Assembly (NCBI GenBank): GCA_938050265.1
Contig: CALLJT010000010.1
Span: 1 to 39,668 of the forward strand
Length of the DNA: 39,668 nucleotides
DNA from: Candidatus Saccharimonadia bacterium
GTDB taxonomy: Bacteria > Patescibacteriota > Saccharimonadia > Saccharimonadales > SZUA-47
Direction of reading: 5' to 3'
Shown: positions 7,418-14,085 of the stretch, one piece after another
How the letters are laid out: the number at the start of each line of letters is the position of its first letter
Position numbering within the stretch: the first letter of the stretch is position 1
Made by a program: the position numbers and the translations under genes
Notes under the pieces: model-generated
What the model saw: only the letters and a program-made list of their open reading frames with translations
Database searches by the model: none
What the model was told of the DNA's origin: nothing

Positions 7418-8587
7418 TCAGTCAAGCCTCGTTACGTGGCCCTGGTCTGCGTCGACTCGTACGTGGTCACCAGTCTTGAGGACTGTTGTGGCATTCCCTG
7501 TGCCAACTATGCACGGTACGCCAAGCTCTCGTGCAGTAATGGCTGCATGTGACAGTATTCCGCCCTGATCAGTTACGATGGCAGACGCTTTCCCCATGAG
7601 TCCGATATACGCTGGGGTTGTTACGGTGCATACTAGTACGTCGCCATGCCCGAACACATCCTCTTCGATCTTGTCTGGATCAACCGTGCGGACAGGTCCC
7701 TCTGCAGACCCAGGTGAACCAACGTGGCCAGATACCACCACCCCTTCCTCCTCAGATCCGTTCGCCGCCTGGTCAAGTACATTGCACTGCTCGTATAACG
7801 AACCAAGGATACGGTTATAGTCTTTGAAAAATACGCCGAACTCAGTCGAATAGGTAGTCTCAAAATATCCCATTAGATACTCACTGGCGAACACGGACCC
7901 GAGCTCATCTGCAAGTTGCTCGCGCAGGTCAGCATCCGAAACGCGTAAGAGTTCCATCAGATCTTCGATATGAGCTTTTGCATTAACGTCCGCTGGTGGT
8001 ACAACCCACTCCGAAAAATCATGGTGAAACGACACTGGTTGAGACACTTCATGAAATCCTTGCGTCAGCTGGTGGTGTCCACCGGCGACAATTTCGCCAA
8101 ACACACCGTTTTCTGTGACGACGAATATCGTAGACCGTTCGCACGTTTCATGTGGGACAAAATCTACTCTATATTTATCGGCGTCGACGCCCTGCTCTTC
8201 AAACCATTCAACAGCTTTACGGACGGTCTTGCCGCGCATGCGAAGTTTCTGGACTCCATCAGCAATAGGTATCAGACGTATCGCGCAAAGCTGATCACCG
8301 TGCTCGTCAATATACTGAACAAATTCACGTGTTTTGTCCCGAACGTCTACAGCGCTAAACTGAACTGGCTTGTCATACGGAAGTCCTGTGACGTCATTCA
8401 GCACTCTCAGTCGCTCGCGTTTGTCTTTGTCTTCTTCATGAAGCTCATCGGCCTTGTCGCTACCGATCTGTTCAAACCACTCGTGCAGACCCTGTTGCGT
8501 TATGTACAGCTTTGCCAGCTCATCATCCTTTGTTGCCACTACTCTTCCTCCTGTATTTAGTACTCCCTCGTGCCTCGTGTAGATCAT
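7418..8587 (-). CDS. PEP-utilising-enzyme mobile (phosphohistidine swivel) domain protein with an unassigned N-terminal domain
   Basis: The C-terminal ~90 aa (GDVLVCTVTTPAYIGLMGKASAIVTDQGGILSHAAITARELGVPCIVG) match the PpsA/PPDK swivel domain, including the catalytic His. Confidence 0.75.
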   Translation of the reverse strand: MIYTRHEGVLNTGGRVVATKDDELAKLYITQQGLHEWFEQIGSDKADELHEEDKDKRERLRVLNDVTGLPYDKPVQFSAVDVRDKTREFVQYIDEHGDQLCAIRLIPIADGVQKLRMRGKTVRKAVEWFEEQGVDADKYRVDFVPHETCERSTIFVVTENGVFGEIVAGGHHQLTQGFHEVSQPVSFHHDFSEWVVPPADVNAKAHIEDLMELLRVSDADLREQLADELGSVFASEYLMGYFETTYSTEFGVFFKDYNRILGSLYEQCNVLDQAANGSEEEGVVVSGHVGSPGSAEGPVRTVDPDKIEEDVFGHGDVLVCTVTTPAYIGLMGKASAIVTDQGGILSHAAITARELGVPCIVGTGNATTVLKTGDHVRVDADQGHVTRLD

Positions 8588-8635
8588 CTACACTCTACTT
8601 TCATGAAGCATCACTGTTTATAGTGTACACTTTCT

Positions 8636-10345
8636 ATGCGATCATTTGTAATATACAACTATATATTGTATAGTATGTACATGAGTGTCGCTTCTCCTGA
8701 GCTCCTTCAGTCGCCAGAGGCTTTCAGCACCGAAGAGTTGAACCTTTTCGGCTTTTTCGCAGTCGAGGGCTACGAGCCTCGTATTATTCAGGACGAGGAA
8801 GGGGCAAAAGACGGAGAACTGAGTGAATTTATCTTTGTGCCGAAAGACCTGTTTGAAGCAGATAACGGTGCCGAAGATATGCCGTTCAGTAACGGCTTCC
8901 CCTTTACTCAATCTGGAGACTATAGGTGCAAAAAACATGGCTCGTATACCCAGACCGTCCTTGAACTTGGCGGGAGTGTGCTTGTCATGCCGACCAAATC
9001 AGCAGCTGGAGGCGTCAACACAGTTGTAGAAGGCATCTTCAACCCCCTGGACTTTGAAGAGGAGATGCGCAATAGAGGCATCGAACACACTGCAACTCGT
9101 GAAGAAGCAAGAGACATATTCAAAGCACTATCGCAACGAAAAAACTCAAACACACTAGCCGTTCAAGGCAGTTCAGGTGGAGCTGCAGCAGCTGCGCGCT
9201 TCATACATCTTGTGCCAGACCTTGCTAAACAGCTGTTTGGCGAAGATGTCGATGTATCAAAAATCGTATGGTTCGAAAGTGACTTGTCCGGCTCCGCACG
9301 TGACACACGCGCTTCCGTAGGAGCACCGATCGGCATGAAGCTACGTGCTACTAACCCCCATATAACACAGGGCAAAGAAGCAACGAGCAGTGTACACTCA
9401 CTCGCAGACCACGTCGTAACAGCCCACACGACAGAAGATACCGCTCGTATCAACCAGGCTATTGCCCAGCACCGACACCCACGTCGTATAGAACAAGCAC
9501 CTAACTGGCCAGGATTGATTGGCCGGAAAGCGTCAAAATTAGGTACGATTGCAGTTGTCCCGAGCATAGACAACGTGCAAGACTGGGCAGAAATCCACTC
9601 CAACCGAGAACGCCGTGCGTCGCTCAACCATGCGGCCGCACTCCTGAACCAAGCAGAAGGCATATCCGTCAAATGGTTCGATGAAGGACCCATGCCAGCA
9701 CACCACCCTGACGTGCTTGACATGTTCATCGATGCAACTGCAGACGCATCCAGAGAAGACAGACAATGGATAGACGATGCTGCAAAACGCATAGGCTACA
9801 AGGGACCAAAAGACAGAAAAGCACTCTCTGATGTGTACGCTGCTCTTTCTGTGCAGCAACTCGACCCATCTGCACTAAAAGGCATCGCAACTATACTCGA
9901 CAAGAACCGTGCACATGTCCGTGAATGGCTCTCAGGTAACAACGCATCAGCACTCATGTACGCTGAACCCCAAGAACAATACCCGACAGTTGGCGAGGGC
10001 CACATGCTACCCCCAATACTCAGTAAAACCATGGGGATAATGGCTGATAGTCGGTACGCGGACAACAAGACGTGGTCAAAAATGATGCACGAGATAGCCA
10101 AGTGGTCCTTAGGCGGCAGACTACCCGATAACGATGCTTGGACAGGCATACTCGATCTCGACGAGATAGTGTTCAACATCAATACTGGCGGAAACACACG
10201 ACCGCGGGCTATCGCAATCGCTACCCCCTATGTCCACCCGGAAGATTACGCGCAGTATCCAAACGAGGATCCCGTTACAGCAGGAGATGTCCTAGCACTC
10301 GCACACGAAGGAGGACCCCTGCATGGAGTGCTCGCCAAACTATAA
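8636..10345 (+). CDS. Large hypothetical protein with a possible alpha/beta-hydrolase nucleophile elbow
   Basis: 569-aa ORF. It has a G-S-S-G-G motif (GxSxG) in the context LAVQGSSGGAAAAARF and no other recognisable domain. The start is uncertain; alternatives are the ATGs at M14 and M16. Confidence 0.55.
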   Translation: MRSFVIYNYILYSMYMSVASPELLQSPEAFSTEELNLFGFFAVEGYEPRIIQDEEGAKDGELSEFIFVPKDLFEADNGAEDMPFSNGFPFTQSGDYRCKKHGSYTQTVLELGGSVLVMPTKSAAGGVNTVVEGIFNPLDFEEEMRNRGIEHTATREEARDIFKALSQRKNSNTLAVQGSSGGAAAAARFIHLVPDLAKQLFGEDVDVSKIVWFESDLSGSARDTRASVGAPIGMKLRATNPHITQGKEATSSVHSLADHVVTAHTTEDTARINQAIAQHRHPRRIEQAPNWPGLIGRKASKLGTIAVVPSIDNVQDWAEIHSNRERRASLNHAAALLNQAEGISVKWFDEGPMPAHHPDVLDMFIDATADASREDRQWIDDAAKRIGYKGPKDRKALSDVYAALSVQQLDPSALKGIATILDKNRAHVREWLSGNNASALMYAEPQEQYPTVGEGHMLPPILSKTMGIMADSRYADNKTWSKMMHEIAKWSLGGRLPDNDAWTGILDLDEIVFNINTGGNTRPRAIAIATPYVHPEDYAQYPNEDPVTAGDVLALAHEGGPLHGVLAKL

Positions 10346-10351
10346 TCACCA

Positions 10352-10474
10352 CTAAAACACCCCTGCTAGAGACACGATAGACACAACATGGGGCTCGTCA
10401 CCGTGAATCAACACACACTCCTCTAGCTTGACGCCAAGCCGTTTCTCAGCAAGCATGAAGATTGCTGCTCGCAT
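10352..10474 (-). pseudogene. Remnant of a HAD-hydrolase 3' end (40 codons)
   Basis: The translation MRAAIFMLAEKRLGVKLEECVLIHGDEPH... resembles the C-terminal region of a HAD gene, upstream of motif IV. Its ATG overlaps the relE stop (TAATG). Confidence 0.35.
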
Positions 10475-10731
10475 TATTTCCTGTACACGTCCTTTCGGTG
10501 CCTGACCCGCAAAATAAGTATAATAATCTCCTTGTCATGTATGTCGTATACCACTCTATAGTCTCCGACTCTCATACGCCACGAACTTGAACCAACCATT
10601 GACCGCACATTGCCTTTGCGTGGGTCTTGGGACAGTTTGTATAGTGCTTTGTCAATCTGAAGCCGTATATCTGGCGGGAGTTTCTTGCGTTCTCTCTCTG
10701 CAGATTTTACAAACTCAACTGCGTAGATCAT
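10474..10731 (-). CDS. relE: RelE/ParE-family type II toxin
   Basis: 85 aa: IYAVEFVKSAERERKKLPPDIR...WRMRVGDYRVVYDIHDKEIIILILRVRHRKDVY. Confidence 0.85.
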   Translation of the reverse strand: MIYAVEFVKSAERERKKLPPDIRLQIDKALYKLSQDPRKGNVRSMVGSSSWRMRVGDYRVVYDIHDKEIIILILRVRHRKDVYRK

Positions 10732-10954
10732 CAAATGTAAGTCCGCTCTCTTTCAGCACCTCCTCAAAAGATACAGTCGGCTCCCGGCGGCGCTTTTTGA
10801 CTACTTGTGCGTCCTCAATGTCTTCAAGCATGTCCGCAAAATGTTCATTCACAATCTGCGAAACGGATAGCCTATCGGCAACCGCCTTGTGCTTGATGAA
10901 ACTCTTCACTTTAGGATTTAGATAGATCGTCGTTTTTTCAGATAAATTGCTCAT
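10715..10954 (-). CDS. Antitoxin (ribbon-helix-helix / RelB-like)
   Basis: 79-aa ORF overlapping the relE start by 17 nt. The TTIYLNPKVKSFIKHKA segment is RHH-like. Confidence 0.7.
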   Translation of the reverse strand: MSNLSEKTTIYLNPKVKSFIKHKAVADRLSVSQIVNEHFADMLEDIEDAQVVKKRRREPTVSFEEVLKESGLTFDDLRS

Positions 10955-10960
10955 TCTACC

Positions 10961-10989
10961 ATTATAGCGTCATGACGTTATAGCGTCAA
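10961..10989 (-). promoter_or_regulatory. Canonical promoter TTGACG-N17-TATAAT, 6 nt upstream of the antitoxin ATG (leaderless-type), with repeats in the spacer
   Basis: -35 at 10984-10989 and -10 at 10961-10966. The region carries the direct repeat GACGCTATAA x2. The promoter overlaps the stop codon of the upstream Nudix gene. Confidence 0.5.
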
Positions 10990-11497
10990 TTTCTAAGTCA
11001 CCTCCAGCCGTTTCTAGATACTTTTGCATTGTACAGATGAATCCTGGAGTGTATTTCTTATCCCAGTGCGCGTTAATGTCCTGCACGATCTGCTCAACAC
11101 TCATGCGCCGCAACTCCTCAACCTCGTCATTTGGGCTAAACACCCAATCCCTTGGTGCGATGCAGGTATAGATACCGAAATGATGGTTTCCTGCATCAAT
11201 GGGTGACGCGTAGCCAGTGGCGACTTCTTGCAGGTCCGCCTCCATATCAAGTTCTTCTTTAAGCTCACGCACTGCAGCCTCTCGGTACGTCTCGCCAGGG
11301 TCAACATGCCCGCCAGCTGCGTGGTCCAGTAACCCACCAGACTTTTTATGTACCTGCACATACAGCTCGCCACTTACATCGAATACATATATTGCTGCGG
11401 CTCGGTGATGTAAGCGTTCAGTATGTATAACTTCCTTACTCGCCATCCGACCCGTGGATACATCGTGCTCGTCAACTACTTCGTACAGTTCAGGCAT
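10970..11497 (-). CDS. Nudix hydrolase
   Basis: Nudix box GGHVDPGETYREAAVRELKEELDM. Confidence 0.85.
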   Translation of the reverse strand: MPELYEVVDEHDVSTGRMASKEVIHTERLHHRAAAIYVFDVSGELYVQVHKKSGGLLDHAAGGHVDPGETYREAAVRELKEELDMEADLQEVATGYASPIDAGNHHFGIYTCIAPRDWVFSPNDEVEELRRMSVEQIVQDINAHWDKKYTPGFICTMQKYLETAGGDLEIDAITS

Positions 11498-11810
11498 TTT
11501 GATCGACTCTTTCTAGATAGAGCTTTTTACTGAACGCACCGTTGGTTTTGGCTTTGTCGTGACGCACAGTTTCAAGCTCGTTCATCGATACATCTAGACG
11601 ACTTAGGAGTGCGTGCACCACTTCTTGTAGGTCGGCAAGCTCTTTCAGCATGTCCTCTGTGCTCGTCGCCTGACGCACCTCATTAGATTCCTCTAAGAGC
11701 TTGGCTTTGAGTGCTTCGAGATACTCTGCTTCATCCAGCACCCGTACAATCGGGATTTCGCCGGCGTCTTTGATGATTTCTGGTATATTATCACGAATAA
11801 GTTTTTGCAT
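11490..11810 (-). CDS. MazG-like / PRA-PH-like nucleoside triphosphate pyrophosphohydrolase
   Basis: The KLIRDNIPEIIK... N-terminus and EE/E..D helical motifs are typical of small all-alpha NTP pyrophosphatases. It overlaps the downstream Nudix gene by 8 nt. Confidence 0.7.
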   Translation of the reverse strand: MQKLIRDNIPEIIKDAGEIPIVRVLDEAEYLEALKAKLLEESNEVRQATSTEDMLKELADLQEVVHALLSRLDVSMNELETVRHDKAKTNGAFSKKLYLERVDQNA

Positions 11811-11843
11811 TAATTACCTACGTTCAAGTATAGCACTGCACGC

Positions 11844-12236
11844 TCATAAGGATGCGTCCACTACGTCGTCCAGGTCCATGTCGAGTAACACGCTATCCGC
11901 CGTAAGAAATAGCGCGCCCTCGCTCAAAGCCTGAGACAAGAGCATACGATCAAAAGGATCATGCCGAGCAAGACTTTGCAGACCCTGCAGATGCTCCGAA
12001 TGTTTCGCTTCGTAGCAAAGCTCAACGAGTCCGTGGCGTACCAGTACGTCGGCTGTTAAGGGCGCTGGCTTCAGCTTTTTGAGCATAACCTTCATCGATA
12101 TCTCAGTCAGCGAGATTGGTGAAAAATACACAACTGAGCTGCGAATGCTCTCTTGAGCTCGTTTCCCGAGATTGTGGTGCTTTCGCTCATCCATCAACCA
12201 TAGTAATGCGTTGGTGTCCAGTAGTACCGCCCGCAC
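11844..12236 (-). CDS. vapC: PIN-domain toxin (VapC-like)
   Basis: VLLDTNALLWL motif. A GTG start overlaps the antitoxin TAG (TAGTG). The track ORF extends to a TTG at 12251. Confidence 0.8.
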   Translation of the reverse strand: MRAVLLDTNALLWLMDERKHHNLGKRAQESIRSSVVYFSPISLTEISMKVMLKKLKPAPLTADVLVRHGLVELCYEAKHSEHLQGLQSLARHDPFDRMLLSQALSEGALFLTADSVLLDMDLDDVVDASL

Positions 12237-12490
12237 TATTCTTGGTCCCAATCCTTCCCATAAAACAGTTCCTGGATCTCTGGGTCTGATCCAACAAAAA
12301 GAACGTCGTCCAGATGCCCTATCTCCTTTGACATCGATCCAAACTGTACAATTGTATCCTTGGGTATGGGTGCAATTATGGCGTCAGGCTTGCCATACGC
12401 GCCGACATAGATAGTCTCGCCTTTTTTTGCTCGTTTAACGAGCTTAGAGAGGTTCGTCTTTGCTTCATATATCGATAAAGTATCACTCAT
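12236..12490 (-). CDS. Phd/YefM-family antitoxin
   Basis: MSDTLSIYEAKTNLSKLVKRAKKGETIYV... Confidence 0.8.
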   Translation of the reverse strand: MSDTLSIYEAKTNLSKLVKRAKKGETIYVGAYGKPDAIIAPIPKDTIVQFGSMSKEIGHLDDVLFVGSDPEIQELFYGKDWDQE

Positions 12491-12500
12491 GATACTGTGC

Positions 12501-12529
12501 ATAATACTCCAATTTTTTTATTTGGTCAA
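12501..12529 (-). promoter_or_regulatory. Putative promoter TTGACC-N17-TATTAT, 10 nt upstream of the ATG
   Basis: Hexamers at 12524-12529 and 12501-12506. There is a tandem CTTGACC repeat (a second copy at 12535-12540). Confidence 0.4.
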
Positions 12530-12642
12530 GTCTAGGTCAAGTCATACTCACTGCAACGATACTTTGAACACAAAAACCAGCACAGGTCAGACCATTTCCG
12601 ATCAGTCCATAATAGATAAGGGCCTTCTGGATAACCGTCGTA

Positions 12643-13071
12643 CTACTTACGTAATGTGGCTAGTATCTGCGGCAGACCAAAAAACATAATAATTAGCAGA
12701 CTCACCTTGACCGGAACGAAACTACCATAACTCGGACTGACGCCCGCCCAATAAAATGTGAAGTACGTCAGGAGTGGAAAAAATGTATACGCCCTCTCAA
12801 ACGACGCGTTGCGTACCGACATTTCACGCTCATCTGCCTGTCTCACACCTCGAAACCATGGCGCATATGCCCATTCCTGTAGTTTGGCAAGCACAACGGT
12901 AGAGATGGCGCAAAGCGCAACCATGCCTCGGGCAGCATTCTCGTACTGAAAATGAGTGGTCAATGGAGTAGATGGATCTATAGAAGCAGCGTGTAACGCG
13001 AGGACGAGCGCAGCGACAAAGCTCCCGACGGACACCGCTGCGTATAGTCTCTGATTACTGAGTAGGGGCAT
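12643..13071 (-). CDS. Multi-pass membrane protein of unknown function
   Basis: 142 aa with ~4 predicted TM segments. Its start immediately abuts the stop of the XRE regulator (TAAATG). Confidence 0.6.
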   Translation of the reverse strand: MPLLSNQRLYAAVSVGSFVAALVLALHAASIDPSTPLTTHFQYENAARGMVALCAISTVVLAKLQEWAYAPWFRGVRQADEREMSVRNASFERAYTFFPLLTYFTFYWAGVSPSYGSFVPVKVSLLIIMFFGLPQILATLRK

Positions 13072-13299
13072 TTATATATTCTCCTTTTTACGAATGAGTT
13101 GCTCAAATTGCTTGTCGCTAAAAACGTCCTCTACGCCGACTGCAAAGTGTCGGGCGATAATAAACGCTAGTTCTAGACTCGGGCTATAGTCACCCCGCTC
13201 AATAAACCCAACTGTCTGATAATTGACGCCGATAGCCTTTGCCAGATCTTGACGCGATTCTTTCCGGTCAGCTCGAAGTACTGCAATTCTGTTGTTCAT
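13072..13299 (-). CDS. XRE-family helix-turn-helix transcriptional regulator
   Basis: MNNRIAVLRADRKESRQDLAKAIGVNYQTVGFIERGDYSPSLELAFIIARHF. ATG at 13299 is preferred over the GTG at 13341. Confidence 0.85.
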   Translation of the reverse strand: MNNRIAVLRADRKESRQDLAKAIGVNYQTVGFIERGDYSPSLELAFIIARHFAVGVEDVFSDKQFEQLIRKKENI

Positions 13300-13308
13300 A
13301 GCAAACAG

Positions 13309-13337
13309 ATTGTTGCACAAGCGCAACAACATGTCAA
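13309..13337 (-). promoter_or_regulatory. Promoter TTGACA-N17-AACAAT with a near-palindromic operator in the spacer
   Basis: -35 at 13332-13337 and -10 at 13309-13314. The spacer palindrome TTGTTGCGC/GTGCAACAA lies at 13310-13329. The ATG is 9 nt downstream. Confidence 0.5.
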
Positions 13338-13357
13338 CCACTGGTGCCCTTCAGGCC

Positions 13358-13750
13358 TCAAGGAGCCTCTACGATTTTTGATAGTTTTTTAGCGAGTGTT
13401 TTATCAAACGACAGTAGCTTTGCGTCCTGCCTAGCAGCACTGTGTGCAAGGTACACATCAGCGAAAGATACCTTTGGTGACAGCTCGTAGTCAGTAAGCA
13501 CGCGGCCAATAAATGCTGCGTTACACGAAATATTACTATGTGTGATAACTTTCCGAATAAACCGAGCGACATCAATGTTGTCAAACTCATACACCTTGCT
13601 CAAAACCCAAGAAATTTCAATGACTGTAGCATCCGCTACATGTAGTTTGTTTTGAGAGTTATTAAGCACATCTTCTACTCGTTGTGCTTGGTCGGCAACA
13701 TCGAACAACAACCAACGAACCAAACAGTTTGTATCAAGAGCGTATGTCAT
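13358..13750 (-). CDS. vapC: PIN-domain toxin (VapC-like)
   Basis: MTYALDTNCLVRWLL... and conserved acidic residues. ATG at 13750 overlaps vapB by 17 nt. Confidence 0.8.
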   Translation of the reverse strand: MTYALDTNCLVRWLLFDVADQAQRVEDVLNNSQNKLHVADATVIEISWVLSKVYEFDNIDVARFIRKVITHSNISCNAAFIGRVLTDYELSPKVSFADVYLAHSAARQDAKLLSFDKTLAKKLSKIVEAP

Positions 13751-14021
13751 GCTTTTTCTTGTATTCTTCCGCCCGTACTTTGTTGGCCTTATCCATAATC
13801 TGTTCATCAGGCATCCCCAAGAGGCCTTTTGACTTCAAGTGTGCGTGCGCTTTTTTGCGAAGTACCATAAGATCTTCCTCGTAGGCGTCTGGCTTGACCG
13901 TAATGGTTTGGCCCCTCCGGTCCACCACAAGTCTATCACCAGTCTTAATATTCATGGAACGTCTTACTGATACGGGCAGTGTGATAGTTCCTTTGGATGT
14001 AACAGTGGTAGTGAATGCCAT
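13734..14021 (-). CDS. vapB: AbrB/MazE/SpoVT-type antitoxin (VapB-like)
   Basis: VTSKGTITLPVSVRRSMNIKTGDRLVV swapped-hairpin motif. Confidence 0.85.
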   Translation of the reverse strand: MAFTTTVTSKGTITLPVSVRRSMNIKTGDRLVVDRRGQTITVKPDAYEEDLMVLRKKAHAHLKSKGLLGMPDEQIMDKANKVRAEEYKKKHDIRS

Positions 14022-14030
14022 AATGTATGA

Positions 14031-14060
14031 AGTATATCACTTGTATTACCAAATTTTCAA
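14031..14060 (-). promoter_or_regulatory. Putative promoter TTGAAA-N18-TATACT, 9 nt upstream of the vapB ATG
   Basis: Hexamers at 14055-14060 and 14031-14036. The direct repeat ACTTCATAC x2 flanks the promoter. Confidence 0.4.
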
Positions 14061-14085
14061 GTATGAAGTGTGACGCCGGCTTAGT

